From an uncultured Gammaproteobacteria bacterium (GTDB lineage Bacteria > Pseudomonadota > Gammaproteobacteria > Pseudomonadales > JAHEGP01), in NCBI GenBank assembly GCA_963751595.1, contig CAVVVC010000009.1, positions 20,562-84,561 on the forward strand: a stretch of DNA of 64,000 nt. The letters are read 5' to 3'. Positions 19,141 through 30,235 of the stretch are shown one piece after another (within the stretch, counting starts at the first letter, position 1; each line of letters opens with the position of its first letter). Below the pieces are notes generated by a model that saw only the letters and a list, made by a program, of their open reading frames with translations, did no database searches and had not been told where the DNA came from. A program made the translations under genes and the position numbers.

Positions 19141-20253
19141 ATGCCAGCCTCAACCACACCGCTTATCCGCCTGCGCAATGTCAGTTTGGAATATCGCCGG
19201 CGCAGCCTGCTGGGGGGACTCAAGCGCCACCCGGTCCTGAGCGATATCTCCCTCGATATTCGCCCCGGGGAAACCCTCGGTATTATCGGTCGCAACGGTG
19301 CCGGCAAAAGCTCGATGCTGCGCCTGCTGGCGGGGGTGATTGACCCCGACGGCGGCGAGGTCGAGCGCGGCGACCATCGGGTGGTGTTGCTGTCCTATCA
19401 GCTCGGTTTCAACAAGCTGTTGAGTGGTCGCGACAATGCCATCTACAGCGCGCTGCTGCTGGGCATCTCCCGGGCGGAAATCGAGTCGAGAATGCCCGAG
19501 GTGATCAGCTTCGCGGGCCTGGAAGAGGCCATCGACGACCAGTTGCTGACCTACTCCGCGGGCATGCGCGCCAGACTCGGGTTTGCCGTCGCCATCCAGT
19601 CGAATGCCCACGTCATCCTGGTAGACGAGGCGCTGGGGGTCGGCGATCACGCCTTCCGGGAAAAGTCGATGAACTACATGAAGCAGTGGATTCGCTCCAA
19701 CAGAACCGTGGTGTTCGTCTCCCACGACGAAAACTCGGTGCAGACCCTGTGTGATCGGGTGGTGTGGCTGGAAGGCGGGCGGCTGGTGTGCCAGGGCTCC
19801 AGCGATGAGGTTTTCGCCCACTACCACTACTACGACCACGTGGTGGGATTATTCGCCGGGATGATGTCGATGACCGAAGCCGAAGTGCGCGCCCACCCTG
19901 ACAACAGCGACCCGATGGCGGTGGCGGGGAAGTGGAAGGCGCTGGTGCGCAGCGCCTGGCGGGATCAGGATACGCCGAGCACCCGTGGGCCGGGGGGAGT
20001 CAAGGTCTATCGACCCAAGCGAAACATGGTGCTCAGTCATGTGGTGAAAGAAGAATGCGGCCCCAGCGCCTGGGTCGAGAGCACCCGACTCATGGCCCAT
20101 GGCGATAGTGAGCAAGTGGAGCGGGCCTACGAGCAGTTCCTGGCTTTGCTCAGCCGTACCGCCAACCAGTTCAGGCTCGACGAAAATGCCCTGCGCAAAA
20201 CCCCTTACTACCACGAGTTGATCGACTTGTTGCGAACCGTCAAAACCGGTTGA
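19141..20253 (+). CDS. wzt: Polysaccharide ABC exporter ATPase with atypical C-terminal extension
   Basis: GRNGAGKS, YSAGMRARLGF, ILVDEALGVGD, VSH; about 130 extra C-terminal residues. Confidence 0.9.
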   Translation: MPASTTPLIRLRNVSLEYRRRSLLGGLKRHPVLSDISLDIRPGETLGIIGRNGAGKSSMLRLLAGVIDPDGGEVERGDHRVVLLSYQLGFNKLLSGRDNAIYSALLLGISRAEIESRMPEVISFAGLEEAIDDQLLTYSAGMRARLGFAVAIQSNAHVILVDEALGVGDHAFREKSMNYMKQWIRSNRTVVFVSHDENSVQTLCDRVVWLEGGRLVCQGSSDEVFAHYHYYDHVVGLFAGMMSMTEAEVRAHPDNSDPMAVAGKWKALVRSAWRDQDTPSTRGPGGVKVYRPKRNMVLSHVVKEECGPSAWVESTRLMAHGDSEQVERAYEQFLALLSRTANQFRLDENALRKTPYYHELIDLLRTVKTG

Positions 20254-20343
20254 TGGCCCCGGCCAGCCAGCGACGGGGCGCTGGGGAAAATAGAAAAAAC
20301 GGCGCCAACTGTGTATGCTGGCTGGCTGGAAAAAGGTGATTGT

Positions 20344-21894
20344 ATGAGTAAAGATCGGCTGATTATCTTCGATACCACCCTGCGTGACGGGGAGCAAAGC
20401 CCCGGTGCCTCGATGACCCGGGAAGAAAAGGTACGCATTGCCAAAATGCTCGAAAAGATGCGTGTTGACGTGATAGAGGCTGGTTTTGCCATTGCCAGTC
20501 CGGGGGATTTTGCCTCGGTGAGGGCGGTGGCCGAGGCCGTGCAGGACGCCACCGTATGCAGCCTGGCGCGGACCAGTGAGAAGGATATCCTCAGTGCCGC
20601 TGAAGCGCTCAAGCCGGCGCGCTCGCGACGCATCCACACCTTCATCGCCACCTCGCCGATCCACATGCAACACAAGCTGCGAATGGAACCGGACGCCGTG
20701 TTGGAGCGTGCAGTCGAGTCGGTGAGGCTGGCCCGGCAACACACTGACGATGTCGAATTTTCCTGCGAAGATGCCAGTCGCTCGGAATTCGAGTTCATGT
20801 GCCGAATCATCGAAGCGGTCATCGATGCCGGCGCCAGCACCATTAACCTTCCCGATACCGTCGGCTACGGTGAGCCGGGGGAGTACGGCGAATCCGTGGG
20901 GCGCCTGATCGAGACTATCCCCAATGCCCACAGGGCGGTATTTTCGGTGCACTGCCACAACGATCTCGGGCTGGCGGTGGCCAACTCGCTGGCGGCGGTC
21001 ATGCGCGGCGCGCGCCAGGTCGAGTGCACCATCAACGGGCTGGGTGAGCGGGCCGGCAATGCCTCCCTCGAGGAGATCGTGATGGCGGTGCGCACCCGCC
21101 AGGATGTGTTCCCGGTAGAGACTGCCATCGATGCCACCCAGATTGTACCCACATCGCGCCTGGTGTCGTCGATTACCGGTTTCCCGGTGCAGCCGAACAA
21201 GGCCATCGTCGGTGCCAACGCCTTTGCCCACGAGTCGGGTATCCACCAGGACGGCGTGCTCAAGCACCGCGAAACCTACGAAATCATGCGCGCCCAGGAT
21301 GTCGGCTGGGGTGCCAATCGCCTGGTTTTGGGCAAGCATTCCGGCCGGGCCGCGTTCAAGTCCCGGCTCGAGGAACTGGGCTTTGCGGTTGGCGCCGGAG
21401 CGCCCCTCGATGAAGCCTTTGCCCGCTTCAAGGAATTGGCGGACAAGAAGCACGAGATCTTCGATGAGGACCTCCAGGTGCTGATGAGTGACGTCTCGGA
21501 CCAGCAGGCAGCGGCCAAATACGGGCTGCTGTCCCTGGAGGCGTGGTCCAGGACCGGCGACCGGCCCCGGGCCCGCTTGCGGCTGGAACTCGACGGCGAA
21601 GAGCAACAGGTAGAGGCCGAGGGCGATGGCCCCGTGGACGCCACTTTCAAGGCGATCGAGAAGGTGGCGAACAGCCAGACCCGGCTCAAGCTCTATTCAG
21701 TCAACGCGATTACCACCGGCACCGATTCCCAGGGCGAGGTGACCGTGCGCCTGGAATCCAGCGAGGGCCGCATCGTCAACGGCCAGGGCGCGGACACCGA
21801 TATTATCGTCGCCTCTGCCAAGGCCTATCTGGATGCCCTCAACCTGATTGCCGGGGGACGCTTCAAGGCCCACCCGCAGCTCGACGGTGTGTAG
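20344..21894 (+). CDS. leuA: 2-isopropylmalate synthase
   Basis: [36 protein letters not shown]-terminal GDGPVDA. Confidence 0.97.
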   Translation: MSKDRLIIFDTTLRDGEQSPGASMTREEKVRIAKMLEKMRVDVIEAGFAIASPGDFASVRAVAEAVQDATVCSLARTSEKDILSAAEALKPARSRRIHTFIATSPIHMQHKLRMEPDAVLERAVESVRLARQHTDDVEFSCEDASRSEFEFMCRIIEAVIDAGASTINLPDTVGYGEPGEYGESVGRLIETIPNAHRAVFSVHCHNDLGLAVANSLAAVMRGARQVECTINGLGERAGNASLEEIVMAVRTRQDVFPVETAIDATQIVPTSRLVSSITGFPVQPNKAIVGANAFAHESGIHQDGVLKHRETYEIMRAQDVGWGANRLVLGKHSGRAAFKSRLEELGFAVGAGAPLDEAFARFKELADKKHEIFDEDLQVLMSDVSDQQAAAKYGLLSLEAWSRTGDRPRARLRLELDGEEQQVEAEGDGPVDATFKAIEKVANSQTRLKLYSVNAITTGTDSQGEVTVRLESSEGRIVNGQGADTDIIVASAKAYLDALNLIAGGRFKAHPQLDGV

Positions 21895-21906
21895 GGTCTC
21901 CGCGAC

Positions 21907-22623
21907 ATGTCCCGGCGCCTTGCCTACATGCACCAGCTCGGCATCGATGTCTACGTGCCGAGGGTCGTCCTGCCCCGGGCGCGGGCATCCGCGCTGAGTC
22001 TGCGCCCGACGGTCGCGCCTCGGCCCGCCGCTGTGGTCCCGGCGCCTGCCCCTGTCGACAGGGCCGCCCCCGGGGTTCGGCAGGGGCCCCGGATCGAACT
22101 CCCCGAGGAACGCCAGCGCTCCCAAAGACGCCCTCTTGAGCAGCCTGCCGGGAACCCCGCCGCTGCCTCTGCTGTGCGTTTCCAACTGCTACTTGTCGCG
22201 TTTGCCGAAAATGTTCTGTTCGTCTCCGATTTGAAAACCGCCCCTTTGAATCCGGGCCTTGAGGCCAGCGTGATGCAGTTTTTACGGGAGCTGATGTTTG
22301 CCCTGGGACGGGGGGCGGCGGAGGCATCGCCACCGGCTTATTTCCAGTGGCCGCTGGTCAGTCGGCCGGGCGTGGATAACGGCGCCCAGCGGGCGCGGGA
22401 AGTACTGGCGGGTTTTCTCCAGCGCCAACTGCAGGAGTGCCGCCCGCAACATCTGGTATTGCTGGGGGAGCAGGCCTCTGCCTTTGTCCAGCCCGAGGGC
22501 GAACGCCTGGGCAGCACAGCGGTGCAGCTCTGGCGCTCGGTACCCCTGGGCAAGCTGTTTGGCGACCCCCAATCCAAGGCCCAGCTGTGGCGGACGCTGC
22601 AAGCCCTGAATGTTCGTGGCTGA
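21907..22623 (+). CDS. Conserved hypothetical protein upstream of rimI
   Basis: RRLAYMHQLGIDVYVPR N-terminus, FQWP, KAQLW C-terminus; overlaps the rimI start. Confidence 0.65.
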   Translation: MSRRLAYMHQLGIDVYVPRVVLPRARASALSLRPTVAPRPAAVVPAPAPVDRAAPGVRQGPRIELPEERQRSQRRPLEQPAGNPAAASAVRFQLLLVAFAENVLFVSDLKTAPLNPGLEASVMQFLRELMFALGRGAAEASPPAYFQWPLVSRPGVDNGAQRAREVLAGFLQRQLQECRPQHLVLLGEQASAFVQPEGERLGSTAVQLWRSVPLGKLFGDPQSKAQLWRTLQALNVRG

Positions 22624-23092
22624 GCACGCAGGCTTTGTCATTAGCGAACTTGGCATTGAGCACCTGGGAGCCGTGGCTCGGCTGCAGCGCGGGGTGATGC
22701 CGCACCCCTGGAGCGAGCGCCAGTTTGCCACCAGCGTCGAATCGGGCCACCGTTGTCTGATTGCTCATACCCCCGGTGGAGAGCCGGTTGCGGTTGCGGT
22801 GGCGAGCAGGGTGGGGCCGGAGGCGGAATTGCTGACCCTGGCCACCGCAGGCCATTACCAGCGCCGCGGCGTGGCCCGCAGCCTGTTGGCGGTATCGTTG
22901 CACAGCCTTGCGGAGGCAGGGGCTGAAGTCTGCTTCCTTGAAGTCATGGAGGGCAATGCACCGGCGCTGGCGCTATACCAGGCGTTCGGCTTTGCCCAGG
23001 TTGGCCGCCGCCGGGGGTATTATGTCCTCGCAGGCGGCGCGGTAGATGCGCTGGTGATGCGCACTTCACTGCAACATAATAAGGATGGGTGA
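22610..23092 (+). CDS. rimI: Ribosomal protein S18 alanine N-acetyltransferase
   Basis: HPWS, QRRGVA, FLEV, LYQAFGF, RRGYY, DALVM. Confidence 0.88.
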   Translation: MFVAEHAGFVISELGIEHLGAVARLQRGVMPHPWSERQFATSVESGHRCLIAHTPGGEPVAVAVASRVGPEAELLTLATAGHYQRRGVARSLLAVSLHSLAEAGAEVCFLEVMEGNAPALALYQAFGFAQVGRRRGYYVLAGGAVDALVMRTSLQHNKDG

Positions 23093-23493
23093 TCGTGAAA
23101 CTGGTTGAAACGCAATGGTGGGCGATGCCCATCGGCGAGGAATGGAGCGCCGAGCTTGATGAGGAAACCGTCATTATCACTGACGCGGATGGCGTGGGTT
23201 GCCTCGAAGTATCGGTGCTGGAGTGGGATGACGGCGAGCTGACCGGCGACGATTTGCAGATGCTGGCCCAGCAGTTGATTCCCGAGGGGGTACCCGCCAA
23301 AGCGGTCAAGTGTGGCCAGTGGCAGGGGCAGTACTTCAGCTATGTCGACCACGAGGATGCCTGTCGAGACTGGTTATTACAGGGTGGCCAGAAAGTGCTG
23401 CTGGTCAGCTATACTTGCGACCCCGAAAACCAGGGCATGGACGACGCGGCGGTGGATGCCATGCTGGCCGGGTTGGAGCTGCGCGGCGGCTGA
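23089..23493 (+). CDS. Hypothetical acidic protein (DUF3805-like)
   Basis: Start overlaps the rimI stop; W-rich N-terminus, SYTC. Confidence 0.55.
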   Translation: MIVKLVETQWWAMPIGEEWSAELDEETVIITDADGVGCLEVSVLEWDDGELTGDDLQMLAQQLIPEGVPAKAVKCGQWQGQYFSYVDHEDACRDWLLQGGQKVLLVSYTCDPENQGMDDAAVDAMLAGLELRGG

Positions 23494-23618
23494 ACTCGAT
23501 GTGAAAACGACGCCCGGAACCCCGCCGGGCTCATTTGATCAAAGCCGGGCCAGGGCATGGCGCAGCGCCGTCCCGCCCCGGTAGCGTTAACACAATCATC
23601 AGACCACGAAGGTAACCC

Positions 23619-24434
23619 ATGAAACTCAAGCTGTTAACCCTGATCGTCAGCATCGCATTTCTGGTGTCCTGCGCCACCAGCCCAACGGGGCGCCGGCAAT
23701 TGATGCTGGTCTCCGAGGAGCAGGCTATTTCCGCTTCCCGGCAAGCCTACCTGACCCAAATGAACGAGCTCAACGCCAAGGGCAAGCTCAACACCAACCC
23801 GAATGAAGTCGCCCGGGTCGACCGGATCACCAGCCGGCTGGTGGCGCAGGCAGTGAAGATGCGCCCGGATACGGCGAACTGGGAGTGGAGTGTCGAGGTG
23901 ATCGACGACCCCAAAATGGTGAACGCCTGGTGTATGGCCGGCGGACGCATGGCGGTGTATACCGGGTTGCTGCAGCAGATCGAGCCCACTGACGACGAGC
24001 TGGCCCAGGTGATGGGGCATGAGATTTCCCACGCGCTGGCAAACCATACTGCCGAGCAAATGTCGGTGGCGATGGCTACCTCCGCGGGGGTCCTGGTGGC
24101 GGGTATCATGTCGGACCGGCCGGGTATCACCATGGCGGGTGCGGCCGCGGCGGCTACCCTCGCCCTGAAATTGCCCAACAGCCGGACAGCGGAAACCGAG
24201 GCTGATCGCATGGGAATCGAGCTGGCGGCGAAAGCGGGCTACAATCCTGACGCAGCGGCCACCCTGTGGCAAAAAATGGGGGCTGTGGGTGGGGAGGGCC
24301 CTCCCCAGTTCCTGAGTACCCACCCCGCTCCGGAAAACCGCCAGCAGACCCTGAAGGCGCTGGCGCCCCAGATGATGCCCTATTACCAGCAGGCCCGGAA
24401 TGCGACGCTGCCGGAGTACCCGTTGCAGCGCTGA
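23619..24434 (+). CDS. M48 family metallopeptidase lipoprotein
   Basis: Lipobox LVSC, NAWCMAGG, HEISH, ETEAD, FLSTHP. Confidence 0.92.
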   Translation: MKLKLLTLIVSIAFLVSCATSPTGRRQLMLVSEEQAISASRQAYLTQMNELNAKGKLNTNPNEVARVDRITSRLVAQAVKMRPDTANWEWSVEVIDDPKMVNAWCMAGGRMAVYTGLLQQIEPTDDELAQVMGHEISHALANHTAEQMSVAMATSAGVLVAGIMSDRPGITMAGAAAAATLALKLPNSRTAETEADRMGIELAAKAGYNPDAAATLWQKMGAVGGEGPPQFLSTHPAPENRQQTLKALAPQMMPYYQQARNATLPEYPLQR

Positions 24435-24488
24435 CGTCCAGGGTCCGGCGTTTAACGTCGCCGGCCACAAATCCCGGCGCGAGCTTCC

Positions 24489-25193
24489 CTAGCCGGTTAC
24501 CCGCACCCGTTTGCCACCCGCGACCTTCGGGGCCTGCCTGGCGAGCTGGCGTCGTGCCATGCTGGTGTCGATCATATTCTTCAGCGCGATCAACAGGCCG
24601 GTAAAGATAAAGGCGCCGGGTGGCAGCACCGCCAGCAAAAAGCCGGGATAATTATCGAATACAGTAATCTGCCACTGCGCCGCTGCCGGCCCCAGCAACA
24701 GGTCCATATCGGCAAACAGGGTGCCGGCACCCACGATTTCCCGCACGGCCCCGAGCACCACCAGCACACAGGCAAACCCCAGCCCCATGACAAAACCGTC
24801 GTACATCGACGGCAGCACCTTGTTTCTGCTGGCAAAGCCATCGGCCCGTCCGAGAATGGCGCAATTGGTGATGATCAGGGGGATAAAAATGCCCAGGATC
24901 TCGTAAAGCTCGTAGGTATAGGCGCGCATCAGTAACTCGATGCAGGTGACCAGCGACGCGATAATCATCACGAAGGCGGGGAGGCGAATGGCGTCGGCGG
25001 TGAAATTACGGATCAGGGAAACTGCGGTGTTGGAGCAAAGCAGCACCATCATCGTCGCCAGGCCCAGCCCCAGGGCATTGACCACCGAGCCGGTTACCGC
25101 CAGCAGGGGGCAGAGCCCCAATAACTGCACCAGCGCCGGGTTGTTCTTCCACAGACCGTTGATCGAAAGCTCGCGGTAACGGGGTTCAGCCAT
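24489..25193 (-). CDS. rsxE: Rnf/Rsx electron transport subunit E
   Basis: [31 protein letters not shown]. Confidence 0.95.
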   Translation of the reverse strand: MAEPRYRELSINGLWKNNPALVQLLGLCPLLAVTGSVVNALGLGLATMMVLLCSNTAVSLIRNFTADAIRLPAFVMIIASLVTCIELLMRAYTYELYEILGIFIPLIITNCAILGRADGFASRNKVLPSMYDGFVMGLGFACVLVVLGAVREIVGAGTLFADMDLLLGPAAAQWQITVFDNYPGFLLAVLPPGAFIFTGLLIALKNMIDTSMARRQLARQAPKVAGGKRVRVTG

Positions 25194-25860
25194 TGTTGCT
25201 TCCCTTGTTCTCTTCAGCTTCAGTTGCACCCGCCGGGGGTTTGGGTTGCAACAGCGCTTTACGGTTCTCGGCGAAATACTGCAAACTCTGATACACCGCC
25301 CGGGTGACTGCCCGGGGAGTGATGGTCGCCCCGGTAAACTGGTCAAACTCACCCCGGTCCTTCTTCACTTTCCAGCGCTCCGGTGGCGGGTTGCCCAGTG
25401 ACTTGCCATTGAAGCCCAGCACCCAGTCCGACTTCTTCAGGTCGACCTTGTCGCCCAGGCCAGGCGTCTCATTGTGCGCCACCACCCGCACCCCGGCAAT
25501 GGTGCCGTCGGCATTGACCCCGGTAATCAGCTTGAGTGCGCCACTGTAACCGTCGGGGGCCACTGCGGGAATAATCACCGCGACGACTTCACCCTGTTGC
25601 CGGGCAACGTGGATCTGTTGAGGCTGGGGCAAGGCCAGTAGCTCGCTATCGGCGACCGGTACCACATCATCCAGGATCGAATTGTCATGGCGGGAGTCGG
25701 GCACGATTTCAACGAGCGCCTTGGCTCGAGCCGCCCGCTCCTGCACGGCGATGGCGTCCCGGGTGCCCAGGTAGGTCGCCGCGATCGCGGCGGTGGTCAC
25801 GATGGCAAACAGGCCGAGTACCAGGCTGTTTTTCGACATGGCGAGACCGAGAATATGCAT
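25186..25860 (-). CDS. rsxG: Rnf/Rsx subunit G
   Basis: [18 protein letters not shown] motif TGATIT. Confidence 0.95.
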   Translation of the reverse strand: MHILGLAMSKNSLVLGLFAIVTTAAIAATYLGTRDAIAVQERAARAKALVEIVPDSRHDNSILDDVVPVADSELLALPQPQQIHVARQQGEVVAVIIPAVAPDGYSGALKLITGVNADGTIAGVRVVAHNETPGLGDKVDLKKSDWVLGFNGKSLGNPPPERWKVKKDRGEFDQFTGATITPRAVTRAVYQSLQYFAENRKALLQPKPPAGATEAEENKGSNNG

Positions 25861-25871
25861 TCACTGGTGCC

Positions 25872-26900
25872 CTATTGGTGCCCGTAGGTACGGGGCTGGG
25901 TGTAGTAATCGATAAACGGTGCGGCAAAGTTGGCCAGCAGCACGGCAAAGGCGACCGCGTCCGGGTAGTTGCCCCAGACGCGAATAATGTAAACCAGAAC
26001 GCCCGCCATGGCACCGAAAACCAGCCGCCCGCGGGTACTGACCGCGGAAGTCACCGGGTCGGTAATGATAAAAAATGCCCCGAACATGGTGGCCCCGGTC
26101 AGCAGGTGGAACAGGGGAGAGCCGCCGGAGTGGGAGCTGCCGCTGTCGTAGCCCAGGGCTGACATCAGGGTCAGTGCCCCCAGGAATGCCAGCGGTGCAT
26201 GCCAGCTGAATACCCGCCGTGCCAGCAGGAACGCGCCGCCTAGCAGAAACCCGACATTGACCCATTCCCAGCCGCGACCGCCAAAAAGCCCGAACTGCGG
26301 ATTGGCGGCCCACAGGTCGTTCATCATCAGCGCGTCGTTTTGCTTGAGAATGTCGAGGGGTGTGGCCATGGTAAAGGCATCGATGCCATCGCTGGCGATA
26401 CCGAAGTTGATGCGAATGGCATCGACCAGGCCGGGTACCGACGCCTGGTCGGCCACGGTGCCGGCGGGGGCGCCCCAGGATGTCATTTGCACCGGCAAGG
26501 AAATCAGCAGCACCACGTAGGCTACCATGGCTGGGTTGAACGGGTTGTAACCGAGGCCACCGTAGAGCTGTTTGGCGATGACGATGGCGATCGCCGAGCC
26601 AGTCAGCACCAGCCACCAGGGTGCGTATGGGGGTAGCGAGATGGCCAGCAGGGTGGCGGTGACCAGCGCGCTGTAATCCTTCAGGTAGAACGACACCGGG
26701 CGTCCGCGTAACTTGAGAATGGCTGCCTCGCAGGCCAGCGCCACAATCCCTGCCCAGACGATATTGACCAGGGTGCCGAAGCCGAAAAACCAGGTCAGCG
26801 CCGCCACCCCGGGCAGGGTCGCCAGCAACACCAGGCGCATAACACTGGCGGTGTCCTGCACCTGGTGCACGTGGGGCGATGTGACGCGAATGAATGGCAT
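25872..26900 (-). CDS. rsxD: Rnf/Rsx subunit D
   Basis: SPH, KQLYGGLGYNPFNPA, TMATPL, TDPVT. Confidence 0.95.
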   Translation of the reverse strand: MPFIRVTSPHVHQVQDTASVMRLVLLATLPGVAALTWFFGFGTLVNIVWAGIVALACEAAILKLRGRPVSFYLKDYSALVTATLLAISLPPYAPWWLVLTGSAIAIVIAKQLYGGLGYNPFNPAMVAYVVLLISLPVQMTSWGAPAGTVADQASVPGLVDAIRINFGIASDGIDAFTMATPLDILKQNDALMMNDLWAANPQFGLFGGRGWEWVNVGFLLGGAFLLARRVFSWHAPLAFLGALTLMSALGYDSGSSHSGGSPLFHLLTGATMFGAFFIITDPVTSAVSTRGRLVFGAMAGVLVYIIRVWGNYPDAVAFAVLLANFAAPFIDYYTQPRTYGHQ

Positions 26901-26924
26901 GTTGGCGGCTGTCCTCGCTGGAAA

Positions 26925-28928
26925 CTAGTCGGTGGTTTGACGCTGGGCGGCGTTAACTTTTTGCTCCAGGGTGGCCACAGAGCTGGCGAAGGCCGCCACG
27001 TGTTCGGACCCTTGTGCCTCGGCCTTGGCGAGTTTGTCCCGCGCGGCGGCCAGCCGCCGTTCCAATTTGGCGAGTTTTTCTTCTGGTGTATCCCCGGGTG
27101 CTTTTCCGGCTCGCCTGGCCATTGCCCGCTCGATCGCCGCCTGGGCCGGGTTCGGCGCTGCCGGCTTCACCGCTGCCGCCGCTGTCGGTCGCACGGGCAT
27201 ATCCTGCTTTGCAGCATCGACCTTCTGCTGCAGACTGGTCACAGAGGCTTCGAATGCCGCCAGCTGCGGGTGACCTTCGGCCCGGGCCTGCTCGCACTTC
27301 GCCATGGCTTTCGCAAGCCGCTGTTCCAGCTTGGCAAGCTTGTCGGCGGGGCTCGCCGGAGCGGCGTTGCCGCTGCGTGAAGCCTGGGCCCGGGCGATGG
27401 CAGCCTGGGCCGGATCCAGGGCCTGCTTCTTCGCCTTGCTGCGGGCAATTGCCGCCTTGACGATCGCGGCTTTGGGGTCGTCGGCGCTGGCCTTCGCCTT
27501 TTTGGCTCTTTCCAGGCGCGCCTGGCGCCGGGCTTCCTTCTCGGCCTGTTCCTGCTCCAGCCGCAGTTGGCGCGTCTCGAAGCGCTGTCTGGCGATTTCG
27601 GCGCGCTCGGCTACCTGCCGCTGCCTGGTGATCTGGGCCTTGGAGGCGCGATAATATTGTACCAGGGGAATATTGCTGGGGCAGACATAGGAGCAGCAGC
27701 CGCACTCGATACAGTCAAACAGGTTGTGCTCCTCGAGTTTTTCATGGTCTTTGGAGCGGGCGAACCAGAACAGCTGCTGCGGTAGCAGGGACGCCGGGCA
27801 AACCTCGGCGCAGAGGCCACAGCGGATGCAGGCCTGGGCCGGTTGGGGGGGCGGAAATTCGGTGACGGAGGGCGCCAGAATGCAGTTGCTGATTTTGACG
27901 ATCGGCACTGCCGGGTCGTCCAGTGCGAAACCCATCATCGGTCCACCCATGACCAGACGCTGGGCGGCGCTGGTGTCGAAGCCGCAATGGTCCAGCAGGT
28001 GCTGGATTGGCGTGCCAATCAACACATCGTAATTGCCGGGCCGGGCAACCGCGTCTCCGGTTACCGTGGTCACCCGGGAGATCAGGGGTTCGCCGCGCAC
28101 CACCGCCCGGTACACCGCCGCCGCCGTGCCCACGTTCTGCATCACCATGCCGATATCGATGGGCAGGCCGCCGCTGGGCACCTCCTGGCCGGTGAGGATC
28201 TGGATCAACTGTTTTTCGCCGCCGGAGGGGTAGCGGGTGGGAAAGGTGACCACTTCGATGTGGGTCGTGGACGCCGCCCGACGCACCGCTGCGATCGCTT
28301 CGGGTTTGTTGTCCTCGATCCCGATCAGGATTTCGCTGGGGTTTATCAGATGCGCGAGGATCAGGGTGCCGGCGATGATTTCGTCGGCCCGCTCCTGCAT
28401 CAGGGTGTCGTCGGCGGTAATGTAGGGTTCGCACTCGGTGCCGTTGATGATCAGGGTACCGATGGGCTTCTCCGTGCCCAGCTTGACCGCCGTGGGAAAT
28501 CCTGCACCCCCCAGTCCGACGATCCCGGCATCGCGAATCAGCGCCAGCAATTGCGCCCTGTCGAGGGCGGCGTAATCGTCCACCCCGCTGTGCTGTAGCC
28601 ATTCGTCGCGGCCGTCGGTGGCAATGCTGATACACCGCGCGGTCATGCCCGAGGGATGGGGCACCGGGCGGAGGCCGATTGCGGTGACGATGCCCGAGCT
28701 GGAGGCATGCACCGGGGCGGAAACGAAGCCGTCTCCCCTGGCGATCATCTGACCCTTGAGTACCCGATCACCCACCTTTACCAGGGTTCTGGCGGGCGCG
28801 CCGATATGTTGCCCCAGGGGCAGCACCAGTTGTGCGGGTAGTGGCACCGGCTGAATCCCCCGGCCCAGGGATTGGCTCTTGTTTTCTTCGGGGAGTATGC
28901 CCCCCGGTATGGCGTGCACCCGTCGCAT
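26925..28928 (-). CDS. rsxC: Rnf/Rsx subunit C with repeated helical C-terminal tail
   Basis: GLGGAGFPT, ECEPY, CIRCGLCAEVCP, CIECGCCSYVCP. Confidence 0.96.
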   Translation of the reverse strand: MRRVHAIPGGILPEENKSQSLGRGIQPVPLPAQLVLPLGQHIGAPARTLVKVGDRVLKGQMIARGDGFVSAPVHASSSGIVTAIGLRPVPHPSGMTARCISIATDGRDEWLQHSGVDDYAALDRAQLLALIRDAGIVGLGGAGFPTAVKLGTEKPIGTLIINGTECEPYITADDTLMQERADEIIAGTLILAHLINPSEILIGIEDNKPEAIAAVRRAASTTHIEVVTFPTRYPSGGEKQLIQILTGQEVPSGGLPIDIGMVMQNVGTAAAVYRAVVRGEPLISRVTTVTGDAVARPGNYDVLIGTPIQHLLDHCGFDTSAAQRLVMGGPMMGFALDDPAVPIVKISNCILAPSVTEFPPPQPAQACIRCGLCAEVCPASLLPQQLFWFARSKDHEKLEEHNLFDCIECGCCSYVCPSNIPLVQYYRASKAQITRQRQVAERAEIARQRFETRQLRLEQEQAEKEARRQARLERAKKAKASADDPKAAIVKAAIARSKAKKQALDPAQAAIARAQASRSGNAAPASPADKLAKLEQRLAKAMAKCEQARAEGHPQLAAFEASVTSLQQKVDAAKQDMPVRPTAAAAVKPAAPNPAQAAIERAMARRAGKAPGDTPEEKLAKLERRLAAARDKLAKAEAQGSEHVAAFASSVATLEQKVNAAQRQTTD

Positions 28929-29524
28929 CAGGCCACCGCCTTGCGGTCGCTGGCGATGATATCGCTGCCCTCAGGCGGCAGTTCCCAGCCCCAATTCTGC
29001 AGGGTAGTGGGTACCGGGCGCATTTCGATGCAGTCTACCGGGCAGGGTTCGACACAGAGGTCGCAGCCGGTACACTCGCTGATGATCACCGTATGCATGT
29101 GTTTCGCCGCCCCGAGGATGGCATCCACCGGACAGGCCTGGATGCACTTGGTACAGCCGATGCACTCATCTTCGCGGATGTAGGCATACATCTTCGGCTT
29201 CTCGGCGCCGTGTTCCGCATCCAGGGGTACCGCTTCGACGTCGAGCAGGTCCGCCAGTTGCTTGATGACGGCCTCGCCACCCGGCGGGCACTTGTTGATG
29301 GCGTCACCCTGGGCGATGGCTTCGGAATAGGGGCGACACCCGGGGTAGCCGCATTGTCCGCACTGGGTCTGGGGAAGTATTTCGTTGATCTGCTCGGCAA
29401 TCGGGTTGCCCTCGGTGGCGAACCGCACCGAGGCAAAACCCAGTACTGCCCCGAAGACCAACGCCAGGGATACCAGTGCCAGCAGCGCCGCCCAGAACGG
29501 GTGTGCAGCGATCATCTCCAGCAT
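28928..29524 (-). CDS. rsxB: Rnf/Rsx subunit B
   Basis: [34 protein letters not shown]. Confidence 0.96.
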   Translation of the reverse strand: MLEMIAAHPFWAALLALVSLALVFGAVLGFASVRFATEGNPIAEQINEILPQTQCGQCGYPGCRPYSEAIAQGDAINKCPPGGEAVIKQLADLLDVEAVPLDAEHGAEKPKMYAYIREDECIGCTKCIQACPVDAILGAAKHMHTVIISECTGCDLCVEPCPVDCIEMRPVPTTLQNWGWELPPEGSDIIASDRKAVA

Positions 29525-29526
29525 CG

Positions 29527-30105
29527 CTACACCAGCCCTGCGAAGCCCATGAACGCCAGCGACATCAGGCCCGCTGTGATCATGCCGATGGCACTGCCTT
29601 TAAACGGCTCGGGAACGTCGGCGACGTTGAGGCGCTCGCGCATGGCCGAGAACAGTACCAGCACCAGCGAGAACCCCGCCGCCGCACCAAAACCATAGAG
29701 GGCAGATTCAATAAAACTGTGTTGTTTGTTGATATTCAGCAATGCCACACCCAGAACCGCACAGTTGGTAGTGATCAGAGGCAGGTAGACACCCAGCACC
29801 TTGTACAACAGAGGACTGGACTTGCGCACCAGCATTTCGGTGAACTGCACGACCACGGCAATCACCAGAATAAAGGCGATGGTGCGCAGGTAGTCGAGCC
29901 CCAGGGGTTGCAGCAGGTAGGTAAACACCAGGTAGCTCGAGATCGACGCCAGGGTCAGCACAAAGGTGGTCGCGGCCGACATGCCGATGGCAGTCTCCAA
30001 CTTATTAGATACGCCCATAAACGGACACAGGCCCAAAAACTGTACCAGGACAAAGTTGTTGACCAGGATGGCCCCGATCAATAGCAGGCTGTATTCGGCG
30101 ATCAT
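29527..30105 (-). CDS. rsxA: Rnf/Rsx subunit A
   Basis: [24 protein letters not shown]. Confidence 0.96.
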   Translation of the reverse strand: MIAEYSLLLIGAILVNNFVLVQFLGLCPFMGVSNKLETAIGMSAATTFVLTLASISSYLVFTYLLQPLGLDYLRTIAFILVIAVVVQFTEMLVRKSSPLLYKVLGVYLPLITTNCAVLGVALLNINKQHSFIESALYGFGAAAGFSLVLVLFSAMRERLNVADVPEPFKGSAIGMITAGLMSLAFMGFAGLV

Positions 30106-30235
30106 AGTCGTACCCTTTGCAGCAGTCTCAGCGGGCGGATGGCGGGCCGGGGAGTCTGGCCGGTGGAGGCGATTGGCCGGGCGTCCAGCCCCGTATCGGA
30201 GCGAACACTCCTGCCCACGTGGACACCCGGGTTCA

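Noticed and set aside
20344-21894. leuA as part of the glycan pathway because it shares the DRE-TIM fold with the aldolase
   Set aside because: It is a canonical leuA with its regulatory domain, linked to the rimI cluster; it just marks the locus boundary.
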